Positions 25,270-37,650 of a stretch of 64,000 bases of DNA are shown here, piece after piece. This DNA comes from Lama glama (Eukaryota): contig CM052818.1 in NCBI GenBank assembly GCA_028534125.1, positions 47,370,001 to 47,434,000 on the forward strand, given 5' to 3'. Position numbers and translations under genes: made by a program. The notes beneath the pieces are model-generated. The model was not told where the DNA came from. It was given only the letters and a program-made list of their open reading frames with translations, and ran no database searches. Within the stretch, counting starts at the first letter, position 1, and the number at the start of each line of letters is the position of its first letter.

Positions 25270-27090
25270 GCAGGGATATGGGGATGATTCTACATACACA
25301 CACAGTACAGTCTATTTGATATTGTGCTGGAAATTCTGACCAGTGTAATAAGATAAGAAAAATAAACTCAAGGCATATATATTAGAAAGGAAAAATTAAA
25401 ACTATTTTTATTTGTAGTTGACATAAACATCTACATAAAACAAAAACAAAAAAACCTAAAACCCTCTGAGTTAATTAGTTAGATTATACAAAATCTACCA
25501 AAAGAAAAAAAAGCCGACTAGACTAGTAAGTGAATCAGTGAGATTACACAAGAGAAATACACTATACAAAAATAAATTGTCATCATCTACATTAGCAAGA
25601 AACAGTTGGAAATGGAATTTTTGAAAAAACAATACCACTTACAACAGAAAAAAACTATGAAACACTTAGGGATAAATTTAAAAAATAAGTGCAAGTTTTA
25701 CTTAAAATCTATCAAAGAAATTAGATATATATTAAATAAATAGATATACTTATGTACCTAAAGCCTGCTAATGTCAGTTCTCCTCACATTTCTAGTCAAA
25801 ATCCCAGAAGACTTTTCTTTTTAGACATTAAAAATTAAATTCTAAAATGTATATAGAAAATTATATGCTGATGTTGTGTTGGCAATTTGATCAATGTGTC
25901 AATAAGAGGGTCCATTAAGAGTTATACATTTATGAAAATGTATCTATGAAAGAAGGGTGTCTGAGGTCACTGGGAAAGAAGAATGTGTCCAGTACATTAA
26001 ATTGTTAAACAAAAACAAAAGCAAAAACGTGAAATTGAATCTCTATCTTCACACAATAAACAAAATTTGATTTCAAAGGAATTAAATACTACTTTCACTA
26101 ACTGAGAAAAATTTTTCAAATTATTGGTCAAATATTTAAGTTAGTATTATTTAGACATTCTGGTCTAAAACAAAGCAAAATGGGTTGCCTATTAAAGATT
26201 AATTAAGTTTATTACACTAAAATTAATTTTATCAATATACTGTCTTAAAATAGTAAAAAGACATTTGTCAGCTGCAAGAAGAAACCCATAAAACACAAGC
26301 CAACAAAATATCAATATCAGCGATATAAAAGAAGCACCTAAAAATCAGTAAGGAAGGTACAGATAAACTTTAAAAGTAGGAAAGTAGACAAAAAAAAGAG
26401 CAGATGTTCCACAAAAGAGAAATTAGAGGTAGCCAACATCAGTAGTTACCAGAAATGCAAATTAAAACCAAAATGGAATCCCCTACTATATCTGTTATAT
26501 TAGGGGAAAAAAAAATCTCATACTGAATGGAGATTGGAAGAACCGTTTTGGAAGACAGTTTGGATTGTTCATGTAAAGTTAAACACTTCTCATCACGTTC
26601 CAGCAATTCTTGACATATACTCAAGAAAACCTTTCCCCTGTGAACCCCGGGAGACACGTGCAGGGACCTGCTGTAAGTACCAAGCACAACAGCACGGGTC
26701 TGGAGAGAAGTCCCGAACCAGGAGGAGGGCAGTGTGTGAGTGAACTCCGGTACCTTCACGTGGTGGAATAGGGTCGGCCCTTGTGGATAAATCTAAGCAA
26801 AATAACATAAAATGTGAAAAGAGGTTCCAGGAGACTACATTCCCCATAAAATTAAAAACAGCTACGGTTTTAAAACTCATACATTGTAGCAGTATTTAGA
26901 GAGGCAATAGAATGATATAAAGAGAAAGAAAGAAAGAATGAAAAAATGGTTCCTCTGGGACAGAGGAAGATAGTTACCTGGAGTGATGAAGGCAAAGAGG
27001 TGGGAAGGGCATTAGGATTAAATGTAGGTTTTTGTTCGAGTTCTAATGTTTTATTCTGGTTAGTGGAGTATTACATGTATTTCAGATTTT
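25270..27090 (+). mobile_element. Old L1M: degenerate ORF2 (RT to C-terminus) plus 3' UTR
   Basis: ctatttgatattgtgctggaaattctgaccagtgtaataagataagaaaa (LFNIVLEVLA-AIRQEK-like), tttgtagttgacat (FADD-like), agaaatgcaaattaaaacca, ccagcaattc; A-rich, many stops. Confidence 0.9.
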
Positions 27091-27719
27091 TCAAGCAAAC
27101 TAAACAAACAAACAAAGGTGAGCCATGCATGGACAAATGGTGATGCCATAAACTGCTGAAAATTAACACAGTTCTGTGCCTTTAAGAGCAAGGAAAATAG
27201 TTAAAATAAATAAATAAAAGATAAACACCGTTTAAGGAAATTGCTCACTCCTGCAACAATACCACAATACAACTACAAATATTATTTTATTTCTTTCCAG
27301 AAATTTTACCTACACGAAAGTTTTTCTTTGCACTATACTAATTATATTCTTTTTACAAATTAGCATACCTTTTCCTTTTAATGTCATGTCAGTAAATTAT
27401 AGTTTGGGTTTGTTTTTTTTTTTTGCTTGTGTATTTTACTATTTTTAATGGTTCTATGGCAAAAAGTAGATTAGGAAGGCTTCAGTTTACACATGCCTGC
27501 AGGACTCCTATTGCCAAGCATCACTCTGAAGCCTCACAGGGTTCTACGAATGCCCAGACAGAACAGGTAAATGCATCCTGTCTGCTATTGCTAGCTCTCT
27601 CTTTTCTTATACTTAATATGTTTTGCATCTCCTCAAGGGAATTGGTCTCCCGGGGAATTTGCATATGCATTTTCTCCTGCAGGAAAAGGCTTGTTCCCGC
27701 CCCAGGTTTCTGGCTCTCA

Positions 27720-27900
27720 CATCATGTGTTTCGTTCCTGTGAAATATTTCTAACATGTAATCCTATTCACTGCTTACCCTCTTTGCCCCTCTTGACTCGA
27801 AGCCCCATGAGGGCAGAGCCACGCGCAGCTGGTTTGGACTAGCGCTCCCAGGCCGGCAGGTCTCACTCATTTGCACGCTGAGGGCGTTCCATAATAAGTG
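27720..27900 (+). mobile_element. L2 3' end fragment
   Basis: gaagccccatgagggcagag... Confidence 0.5.
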
Positions 27901-28341
27901 TCCGATTACTGTCAAGGGAATACCTCAAAGAGCAAGTCGGCTGGCTTGAAAAAACGGTCTGACACCAATTCGGTAACTGCGGTCATCTGTAGCCTGCACA
28001 GGATAACTCTTCTCTGATTCCTGTTAGTGGAAAGAGTAAACCTGGATTACCATGGCTTGCCCTCTTGCCTTTGTTCTTGAAACTCTTTATGAGAGTTAAG
28101 AAATTGAAATTCACAGGAAAAAACCAAGGTGTTTTTTGTTTTGTTTTGTTTTGTTTTTCTGTTTGATTGCACAGCAATATTGCTTTTTTAAGCTTTTACT
28201 TGTGTAGTGGTTTTTAAAACCACCTTTAGAATACAGTTCATCTGTATATGGCTGGCAGGTTCTGAATTGGGGGTTAATTTCCATTACCCAGAAAAAAGCA
28301 TTTAGAAACTATTGAAGTTTTTCTTGCATTTATTTTAACAG

Positions 28342-28371
28342 AGATCATATTTTTTCTTTGTCTTTGAATAG
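28342..28371 (+). other. Candidate 30-nt microexon or recursive splice site
   Basis: ttcttgcatttattttaacag|AGATCATATTTTTTCTTTGTCTTTGAATAG|gtaagg. Confidence 0.35.
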
Positions 28372-30401
28372 GTAAGGGCTCATTTTCATTCTTCAGGGGA
28401 CCTAAGCAAATTTGGTTTCATTGAGTAATTATGTCTGTTCACATTCTATGTGGCTCTGACCTCTGTCTTTCTACTTTCCTCTTTGACCATGCATGTTCCT
28501 AAGCTTGCCTGTATCTTAGTGGTGTTTCCTTTTAGTAGGGATCATGTAAATCCCGCTGTTCTGATTGCATTATTCTCTCAGATAGAAGTGTTCTATTGAT
28601 TTCTCCCAGAGCCTATCCATTTGCTTAGCTCTTAAGTAGAAGTCATCAGATGGATTCTAGATTTGATTCCGAAGACTATGTTTATTCCACAAAAATCTCC
28701 ACTGAGGGGATAACCAAGTTTGACTGGCTCACTGCTGTATCACCAAGCACTTACACAGTGCCTGGCTTATAGTGGAAGACGCTAACAATGTCTGATCAAG
28801 TGAGGACCAAGAAAATCTTACCTGCTCACCCTTTAGAGGAAAGATGGCCATGCTTGAGGGTGGGTTTAACCCCATGAAGAGAAACTTGGGTCTCATCAAG
28901 AGCTCCATTAGGTGAAGATCTCAGATTTGTGGTGAGGTCGTTGTAGCCATGAAAGAATGGACTTCCATCTGTGACCTACATTCCAATGTTTTAGTTTTCT
29001 TGGCAAACGTATCTGGCTAGCGATGGTAACTTGCCTGCTTTCCTCCTTGGTTGATGTCTCTGAGAGCTGCCATGTGAGGGCTCTTATTGAGTTCTGCACT
29101 TCAGGTTTCAAATCTAAAAGTCACAAGCTCATTATAGACATATTTATTCCCTACAAGTGTTTTTTTGGACTTAAACAGATGGTTTGGATACTACCCAGGC
29201 TAGTTTAGTCCAATCTTTTTTATATCGAAACAATATTTTATTATCATGATGAAATTGTAGAGAACAACAAATAATGTAAATGCTATTTATTGGCACTTAG
29301 AAAATTTCCATTTGAAAAAGTCACCAGAATTAATCCCTTCCAAGCATGTGACTATCAGCCGCTTTTCCATTTGTCTCAGTAAACATGCATCACTTGGTGA
29401 AATTCATCAAAGTCAATGGAATAGACCTTTCTATTCACTGATGACATCACTGATATTATTAATTTACTAATTCAGTCTATAAATAATTATTGAATGCCCA
29501 TTATAAAAAAGGCACTGAATTAGACACATTGGGAGAAACAAAAATATAATTTACACAATAGTTCTTTCATCAAAGATTATAAAATGGAGTAGAGAGGAGA
29601 AGACTTAGTCACACATGGCAATGGCACCAAAAGGAAATTAGACCTTCGGAGAGCATGAAGAAACTGGTGACTGAATACAGAGAGAAGGTGGTAAAATCAC
29701 TACCATGATCTGGACCTCTAACAGCCAGAAACACAACAGACCACCATCCCTACAAGCATTTGAGGAGCTCTGAGATCCCACTTTGAATCGGTCATACCGT
29801 CAAAGGTTAGTATTAATGAAAAGTTGTAAATGAGGACATGCAGACAATACAGTGTCTATTTTAACATTTAACGTTTTCCCGTCCCAAACGTTACAGTTCA
29901 AGTCAGTTCCAAGCCGTCACAGAAGACTATTTCCAAAGTGTATTCAAAAGCATCCAATTCACAACTCAAGATAGTTAAAAAAAAAAAAAAGTATCTCATT
30001 TCCCCTCTTTAGTTAGACTCAACACGAGGCTTTCAGGGGTGTATTGATTTTTTTTTTCGAAGAAAGGAGCCCTGGAGGTAACCATGGTGGTGTGGGTCTC
30101 CCACCGTTGACCGGCGCGGGTGCAGGAGAACACGGCACCTTGAGGGAGGAGAGTGACATCAGCATGTGTCCCATTTAAAGTAAACGCGATTCTGACATTT
30201 TTCCACTCTTTAAAATGCTAAGAAGCAATTGACCGAACGGTTTCCAGAAAGTTGCCTCGGTGAATGTCACACGTCACCCTCTCCCTGTGGGATCTTGATA
30301 AGGCTGCCCTCCCGTGGTCCGTGTGCCTGGATGCCTTTTGGTTCCCAACCTGCTTCAGGTCTCTAACCCCCGTGTCAGCACAGCCCTCTCCTAGCTCTTA
30401 C

Positions 30402-30564
30402 CTTGGTTTCTGGAGACAATTTCTTCAGCTTCCATCAGGGTCATGAATGGAGTCACTTTCTTTAGATCTCCCCAGACCCTATTCAGTGTATTATCTTGCT
30501 CCTGATGTATCTTTGGATATGTTATGGGAAAGATTTTTCTCTTGCCCTTTCGAGAAAGATCTCC
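30402..30564 (-). other. Candidate internal exon (163 nt), transcript unknown
   Basis: Acceptor ctcttttctgattttgtttggttttcag|G and donor AAG|gtaaga; one frame open. Confidence 0.35.
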
Positions 30565-31541
30565 CTGAAAACCAAACAAAATCAGAAAAGAGCAAAGCCT
30601 GAATTTCTCTGCAGGCCCACCTCCCAATTTCCTGTCCACTGTGTTTTCATTTCAAGTATTTGTGAACCTGGCATAATGTTTATTTTTTATGATGAATGCA
30701 GCTTGGGGGTAAAAATAAAAGGACAGTGTTCAGATTCTATAGTAGTTCTTAGATTTACATTCTTCTTTTTCAGGGGATAAAATATAATTGAAAAAAGTTT
30801 TAAAGTCATCATTAATATTGTTAGTTCAGCCATTTATTGCCTTCTGATGACACATCTCACTTATTTTTAAAGATCACTATAAGATAGATTATAAAAATTC
30901 ATTCTGCAACGTAAGCATTCAAAAGCTAGAATGAAGATGTCGCCAACCCATGAGGTGCACTGCTTTGTGAGCAGAGAAGGACACGGGTGTTTTCATGACA
31001 CATTTTCCTTCTTTAAACAAAGTAAAGAAAAAAAAAAAGAAAAAGACTGATTAGCAGGAATGGTTTGATTTGCCAATGATTTTAAGAGCTATATATTTTT
31101 TTAAAGAAAAACCTCTTAGTTCTACCAAATTGGCAGCTTTCTGTGGCTGCTAAGGGAAAAATAAATCTAATAAGATTATGTCAGTAGCCCAATTTATCTT
31201 CCAAGCACGTGGACATTAATCTACGCCGGAGCAAATGCCCTTGACGGGACTGTGTTATTTCAAGGGCATTCATGGTAAGAGAAAAATGACTTGACCTCTG
31301 AATTTCTCAGTATTCTCTTGGAATGCAGCAGCCATGAGAAGGACCACCTCACAATTAAGCACCTGATTTTGCACTCACGTAGCATTTCCTTCTAATTTTT
31401 TACAGAAAGTCTTTGTTCCCTGTCCCTTTTAAAGAGCGTATTTGTAGAGTCCTCAGTTGGACCTGAAGCTGATGTCTGACCTGCTCTTAGCATGGCAGGC
31501 AGTGGGCAGCACACATAAACCCTCAGGGTTCTCAACACATA

Positions 31542-32153
31542 TGTCTCCAAATTGCACTGTGTGGTTGGCTGATTTGCCCGAAAGATTCACAGACTCAGAA
31601 AAGATGTTATTCTCATGGTTACGGTCTATTACAGTGAAAGGATACAGAGTAACATTAGCCAAAGGAAAGGATACGTTTCTGGTTGTCCTCTGGGAGACCC
31701 CAGGCACAAATTCTGGTTGTCCTCTCCCAGTGGAGCTGGATGGATGACAATCACTTCTTCCAACAACAGTGCACGACAATACGTGAGGTGTGGCCGACCA
31801 GGGACGCTGACACAGGCCTTGCTGTCTAAGGTTCTCATTGGGGTCATGTAGGCATGCAAGGCCATATGAGCGATCTCAGTTACTCAGACCCCAGCCTCTC
31901 AGACATCAAACTGACACAGCATGGCCCAAAACCTCAGGCATACAAACACTGTCATCTACCATAAATCCCGCTGTTAGCATAAACCATCTTGCATGGCCCC
32001 AAACCTAAGGGACACAAAGACATTCATCAGGCAGGCTGTTCCAAAGGCTGCCAGTTAGCTCCCAGGAACCGGTCAGGGGCTTCTGTCCCGAAGCCCTTTG
32101 GAATGTGCAGGGTTTGGGAAAGCCAGGTCTGCCACATTGCCCCTTACTGCACA
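31542..32153 (-). mobile_element. ERVL-class solo LTR, MER77-like
   Basis: Minus strand starts tgtgcagtaaggggc...ccaaaccctgcacattccaaag; the + strand shows ctcatggttacggtctattacagtgaaaggatacag, typical of MER21/MER77. Confidence 0.8.
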
Positions 32154-33258
32154 CACTAGATATCTGATTCTTTAAATTCTCCTCTCTAGATACCAATTCT
32201 GGCTTTCAAGGGAGGAATATAGACTGAAAAATCAACCCTAAGGCCAGAGAAACCATATTTCTTTCAAATCAAGGTCATTGTTTAGACCGTGAAGGTCATA
32301 ACAAGGCAGACTTATAAATGATGTCATTGCTGAAAAGCAAGCAAACCAACAAAAAATTTACGCAGCTTTAAATGGCGTTTCTGCCTTATCAAGTGTACCA
32401 TTTGGGCCAAAACTCAAGTTCTTTGATCTTCTCCTTCCTTATCTATAAAATAAATCCAACAGGGCTTCTTTGAAAATTAAATAAAATAATGTAAGAGGAA
32501 GCACCATTGTCAGTGTCTGGAAGGTTCTCCAGAAAGTGTCAATAGTACGTGGGCTAAAATTACTGGCGGAAAGAGGAAAACACTGACAGAGACAACAAAG
32601 TAAGAGTGTTTTAAGTGTAGGGCAAAAAGTTTCCACATCGTAGTGTACGTCGGAAGGGACCCCCTTTCCACAGCACGAAGGATGCAGCCCCTCCTGGTAG
32701 AAGGAGACAGGGGGTCCTTGCCCTGCCGCAGCTGCTGGAGAACCAAGGGGGTCCACACCTGGGCTTGTCTGTGGTCAGGCCTGTCACCTGCAGTGAGACG
32801 CCCCGTGCGCTGCTCCTGAGACGCTGACTGCACCGAGGCTGTGGCCGTATCCCGCTGTAGCAGGCGTGGCTGGGACAGTTTGGGAGGACAAAAGAGACTG
32901 CACCGAAGCGTAAACAACCTGCTTGACGCAGTGCCTTTCGACCACCCTGCCGCCCGTCACAGGCCAGACTGTTCCCGAGGATACGCCCCGGTCTGGGGAG
33001 AGGGTCCGCAAAGGGAAAGCAGAAAGGGGACATTCAGATACAGCCTGGAACGTGGGCTGGAACGGATGGACGCATGCCTGGACCTATTTTAAAAATGGTG
33101 CTGAAAAGGAAGGATTATATGGTTTAATTTCGTGATTTTCTTCTCATCTAAAAGTGCTCCTGGCAATCTGTAAAAATCTGGCATGAGGTGGTTAACGTCT
33201 GTTAAACAAGTTTGGTTTGTCGGCTGCTGTGGGTTTTAATTAGGGAGCTGAACCATAT

Positions 33259-33470
33259 TAGTGTTTCTCAACTCGAGGTACACGTTAGAATCACCTGAAA
33301 AACTTAAAACGAAATAAAACAGACAAAAGGACAAACATGAGAACAACGGAACCATGAGTCAAGGCTTCGGCTCCCTCCTGGAGCGCCTGACTTACCTGGT
33401 CGGAGCTGAGCCTGAGGATGAGTCCGCCTCAGTTTACCAGGAGATTCCAATGCCCAGCTGCTGAGCTAAC
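33259..33470. mobile_element. MER5A-like hAT-Charlie fragment
   Basis: gtgtttctcaactcgaggtacacgttagaatcacctg...ccaggagattccaatgcccagc. Confidence 0.7.
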
Positions 33471-34489
33471 GGATCAGAACCCTCTTAATCCATCATCAGT
33501 GAGGGGATTGCCAGCAAAAACGATAAATGGCACAAAGAACAGCGTCAAACAGAATGCCTGTACCGACCTCTGAGTGGATGAGGGGATTGTGGGCGCTTGT
33601 CTCCATTCTGAGAACAAACTCATTGTAAGTGTGGAATGTGGTCAGAGGAAGGAAGTCTTCACGGATGAGGGAGTAGTTGAGCTTTACAGGAGACACAGAG
33701 CGAGTGGGGAGCCTGAGGAGAATGTGCCGGCAGAAAGCTGTGTGCCACACGTGGGGACCAAACATCCCCGCTTGCCTGGAACGCCCCTGTTTTCATCACG
33801 GGACGCCTCACATTCCAGGAAACCCCTCCTTCTTAGGTGACCTAACAGGGTTGGTCTCCTACAGTAGACGAGATTTTGCCCTTTTGAAAGTGGATATAAC
33901 TTTTGGCTGAACTAATGCACACATAGAATCTATGAGAAAGACCCTCCTAAGTGGCTCTTCTGTTGACACCTCTTGACGGTTGTCTGGAAACTTACCAACT
34001 GACTCCTTAAACATAAATAAATACACAGATGAATAAATAATAAAGGAAAAGACAAGAGCTCTCTGCGTAGGAGGTATTTAAAGTTGGAGTTGATTACAGT
34101 CTCTAAGCTGGAGGTGAATTAGTGCCAATCCCTTCCTTGTCCATTCAAGAAGCTATTGCATATTTGTGTGTCTCTTAAAGTCGTGACCGTGTCTCTTATT
34201 CACACAAGGGTGTGAGCAGATTAAGAGAAATCCGCTTTCCGGGTGGATGATCGTTTTATGCCTCACATGTAGAGCAAGAAGTTATCTACCATGTGATCTA
34301 GCAGTTCTTATATTATATTTTGTACATTTCAAAGAAATTTATTGACAATGTCTGCTGTATTTTTCTGTAGAACCACAGGTCAATCAGAACTTAATGTATA
34401 ATTTAAATGATATCAGTGCAGCAGACACTGCCTTAAGACACTGGGCAAAGGCACTGGCTAGCTTTCACTGGGTTCTGTCGAGGTAATAA

Positions 34490-34880
34490 TGCTAAAAACA
34501 ATATGTGTGGCTTACAAATAAAAATAGCTACTTCATGCTCACATTGCCGAATGACCTCTGTGTCTTGCCTGAGTTCCACTCTGCACATCTTGTTGGAGGA
34601 CCCAGGCTCGGGGAGCAGTCATGTGGGAACATGCCATCTGTCGGCAGAGAGAAAGTGCAAGAACTGGGGGAAACACAAAATAGATTTAAACTGCTGCTTG
34701 AACGAGGCATCTGACACGTTGGCTCGCTTTCAATTGGACAAAGAAGTCATGTGGCCACATGCGACACTAGTGGGGAAAGGGTGCGTCCCCCACACACTAA
34801 GGCACTGCAAGTCACACGAGAGTGAACCAGGTTCTAAAGTCTCCTAGGACGGCAAGTGAACAGCCAGACATGATAGTACA
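34490..34880 (-). mobile_element. Old MaLR LTR (MLT1J/K-like)
   Basis: ggacccaggctcggggagcag...ttcaattggacaaagaagtcatgtggcca. Confidence 0.65.
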
Positions 34881-35519
34881 GTCCATCCCAGAGAGCTCCT
34901 TAACCAGCATCAGCCTGGTCTTCTGCTAATAAAAGATGGATTATAAAACCCAGTTCATGTGGTGGTTGTGAGAACTGAACTGTGCGATGTGTGGATGGCT
35001 CCAAAAGCATGCATGTTTCCAGCATGGTGTTGGAAATACATATTCTTTTTCTCTTCCAGCAGATGTCCTGGTGCACTGAGGGGCCCATACGTTTTTAATG
35101 AACATTGGGAAACACCTAGTTGGCAGGACAATTCAACCTTGATGAGCTAAATACCAATGACACAGAAGAGGTATGAGTGGATGTGGGGTGCAGGTGAGAG
35201 TAGAGGGGCTGTCTAACCCCAGGGGTTGGGGCAGACCGAGTTGACACCATCCCGGGAATTCAACCAGAGTGATTCCTGCAAAGCTACGAACAGGCTACTG
35301 CTACTGCCACAGCGCAGCCACAGGGATCTGCGGGAGCTCCCCCGCCTACTTGCTTGGGCACACTATTGGGCACACAATTTAGCGCTTTATTCTCAATGTG
35401 TCTGACGTCTGGGACCAAGAACCGCACCCTAGAGTTGACTGGCAAGACTTTTGAGCTGATTTCTGAGTGGTTCTCAGAAACCCAGCTCAGGGTACTGGCA
35501 TCTTTGCTCTTTAAGGGAT

Positions 35520-35660
35520 TCCAGAAATCACGGCTTTTAACCCATTGATTTTACAGATGAAGGAAATTGAGACCCAGAGGGGGGAAGCAGTTTTCCAAAT
35601 TTCCTGTGGCATAAGAGTGAAAATTTTGGAGAAACTGGAACCCCACCATGGTGCTCTGGT
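35520..35660 (-). mobile_element. MIR fragment
   Basis: attttacagatgaaggaaattgagacccagagggggg. Confidence 0.8.
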
Positions 35661-37269
35661 GCTCTGCCATGTTACCGTGGCTCCCCAGGGGATTAATGGT
35701 CCTCACCACCCTGGTCTAAAGGGGCTGGCTGCCGAAGAAGGGGAGGAGTGAAGAAGTCCATCAGATAACTTTAGGATGGTCAGAGCATCTGTATTCAGGG
35801 TGTGCACGGCCATTCAGAGCAAAGCATTTGAAAAAAAGAAAATATTAATTCTTTTTACTTCTGATGGATGTACAGTGTCTGGAGAAGCCCAACACTTCTC
35901 CCTGGGGAGTGTGGGGTGTGCCTGCGAGGGCCAAAGAAGCACAGGAGCGCGCAGAACGTGGATCACAAAGGGTGCGCGGCGATGACTCCCCACCCCAGGA
36001 TACACTAAAGTCAGTGTAATTTCCGATTTTCTTCTGTAGAACGAAAAAGAGGGATTTCTTTCCCCCCCCCCTTTTTTTTGCTTGCCTCAGTCATACCACT
36101 AATTATTTAGTGGTCTTTCAAACCTTTTGTAATTTCTACTCGAGAAAGCCCTGAAAGATATTAATTCTTAGCCATGTGCCTCATAAATGAAGGCCATTCT
36201 GCTATACTTAATGACAAGGCTGAGGCAGCAAGATGTCATTTGCTTTTTTCTCGGTTTTTAAATTGCTTTCTAAATGAACTACAGCTGTGAGGGCCAGGTG
36301 CTGTGATCCCTTTAGAAAGATCAGGAAATGATGAAATCCAAAATTTCAAAGTGTGATGGATGTCAGCTCCCGATTTGGTGTGTGTGAGGTCACCCCATGC
36401 ACCTGGTACCAGCTCCACAACAGAATTACTTTTCTGTGGAGCAAAAAAAAAAAAAAAAAAAAGAGGAGAGCGAGGGAGAGGGAGATGCACATGTCTAATG
36501 CAAGTGCAACAATAAGAGAAACAGTTTATAATTATCTCTTTGTTCGCTCCTCATCGAGATGGAAATGGTGAAATGTGCGGTCTCCCCACCCCCACCCCCA
36601 CCCCCTCCCATTATAGGTATCCCCGCCGGACTAAACACACGATTCTTGTGAATCAGAGAGTCGCTGTGGTGGCAACTCAGGGGCCACTATGAAGCAAAGG
36701 GCATGTTATGGTGATGGGGGGAGGGAGGGAGGAAAGGCGAGAGCGCTCGGGAGCGCTCAGCCGAATCTGGGACAAAGTCGGGGCTGCCTCTGCAGGTGGT
36801 CAGCGGAGGGCCGGCACCACCCGTCCGTCCACCCCGGCCCTCAGGGCAGCGCAGCCTGGCACAGGCCCGCCCCTCCAGGCATCACCAGCCGCCCTCTCCT
36901 CCTGCCAGCCTGAGGCTCAAGGTGGAACCTGTTTGTGAGACCTTGTTCTTGCAGTCACCCGGAAGGGGAAATAAGGAGTGATTGTGCTTTTTCTCGCCAA
37001 CACTGACCACCCCCGCCCCCCGCCCCAGGATGCACACTTGTCAGAGCTGGACGGCTGCCACGGCCGACCCCGTTTTCTCCGGGACATCTGCCCAGGCTGC
37101 CCCTGGCGGGGGTGGGGGCTCCTCAGACTCCCGCAGCCCTTCCACTCAGAACAGCTCCCTGGGGCACTGAGCTTGACTGCGCCACGGGCAGGTGGCGTGG
37201 GGTGGCTTGTGGGTCTGAGCTGGGACTGCGTCTTGACTCTAGACCAACAACATGCCCTCAGATGTGTTG

Positions 37270-37650
37270 CTTTTCCCTCTTAAGTCTTTATTCTTTGCAT
37301 CTGAAAAATGGAGGGAGAAACACCGCATTTTGGTAGGACTGACTGAGACCGCATACGGAAAGTGCTTTGCACAAAGTTGGTGATGTGGAAATATTCATCT
37401 CCCAGCAACACTGTTCCTGACGCTGAGTCCACTAGGCTGTGACATGGGGTGGAAAGGGCAGGGGAGTGAGACACAAGAACATGCAACTCCCAAGTCCAGT
37501 CCTTCCTAGATGTTTAGCTTTACTTAATTTCCTTAGCCTCTCTGGGTCTCAGTTTCTCCATCAGTATGATGGGGACAATAAAATAGTCCACCTCACTTAT
37601 CCTTACAAGGATACAACGAGATGCTAGATGCCAAGGTGCTTTATATTATG
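37270..37650 (+). mobile_element. Two MIR fragments
   Basis: ttctttgcatctgaaaaatggag...aaagtgctttg; ccttagcctctctgggtctcagtttctccatcagtatgatggggacaataa. Confidence 0.75.

Noticed and set aside
25270..27090. Active or domesticated reverse transcriptase
   Set aside because: Heavily degenerate L1 ORF2 with many stops and frameshifts
28342..28371. Semaphorin-like peptide (DHIFSL resembles KDHIFS of class-3 semaphorins)
   Set aside because: Too short, and the flanks do not continue any Sema-domain sequence
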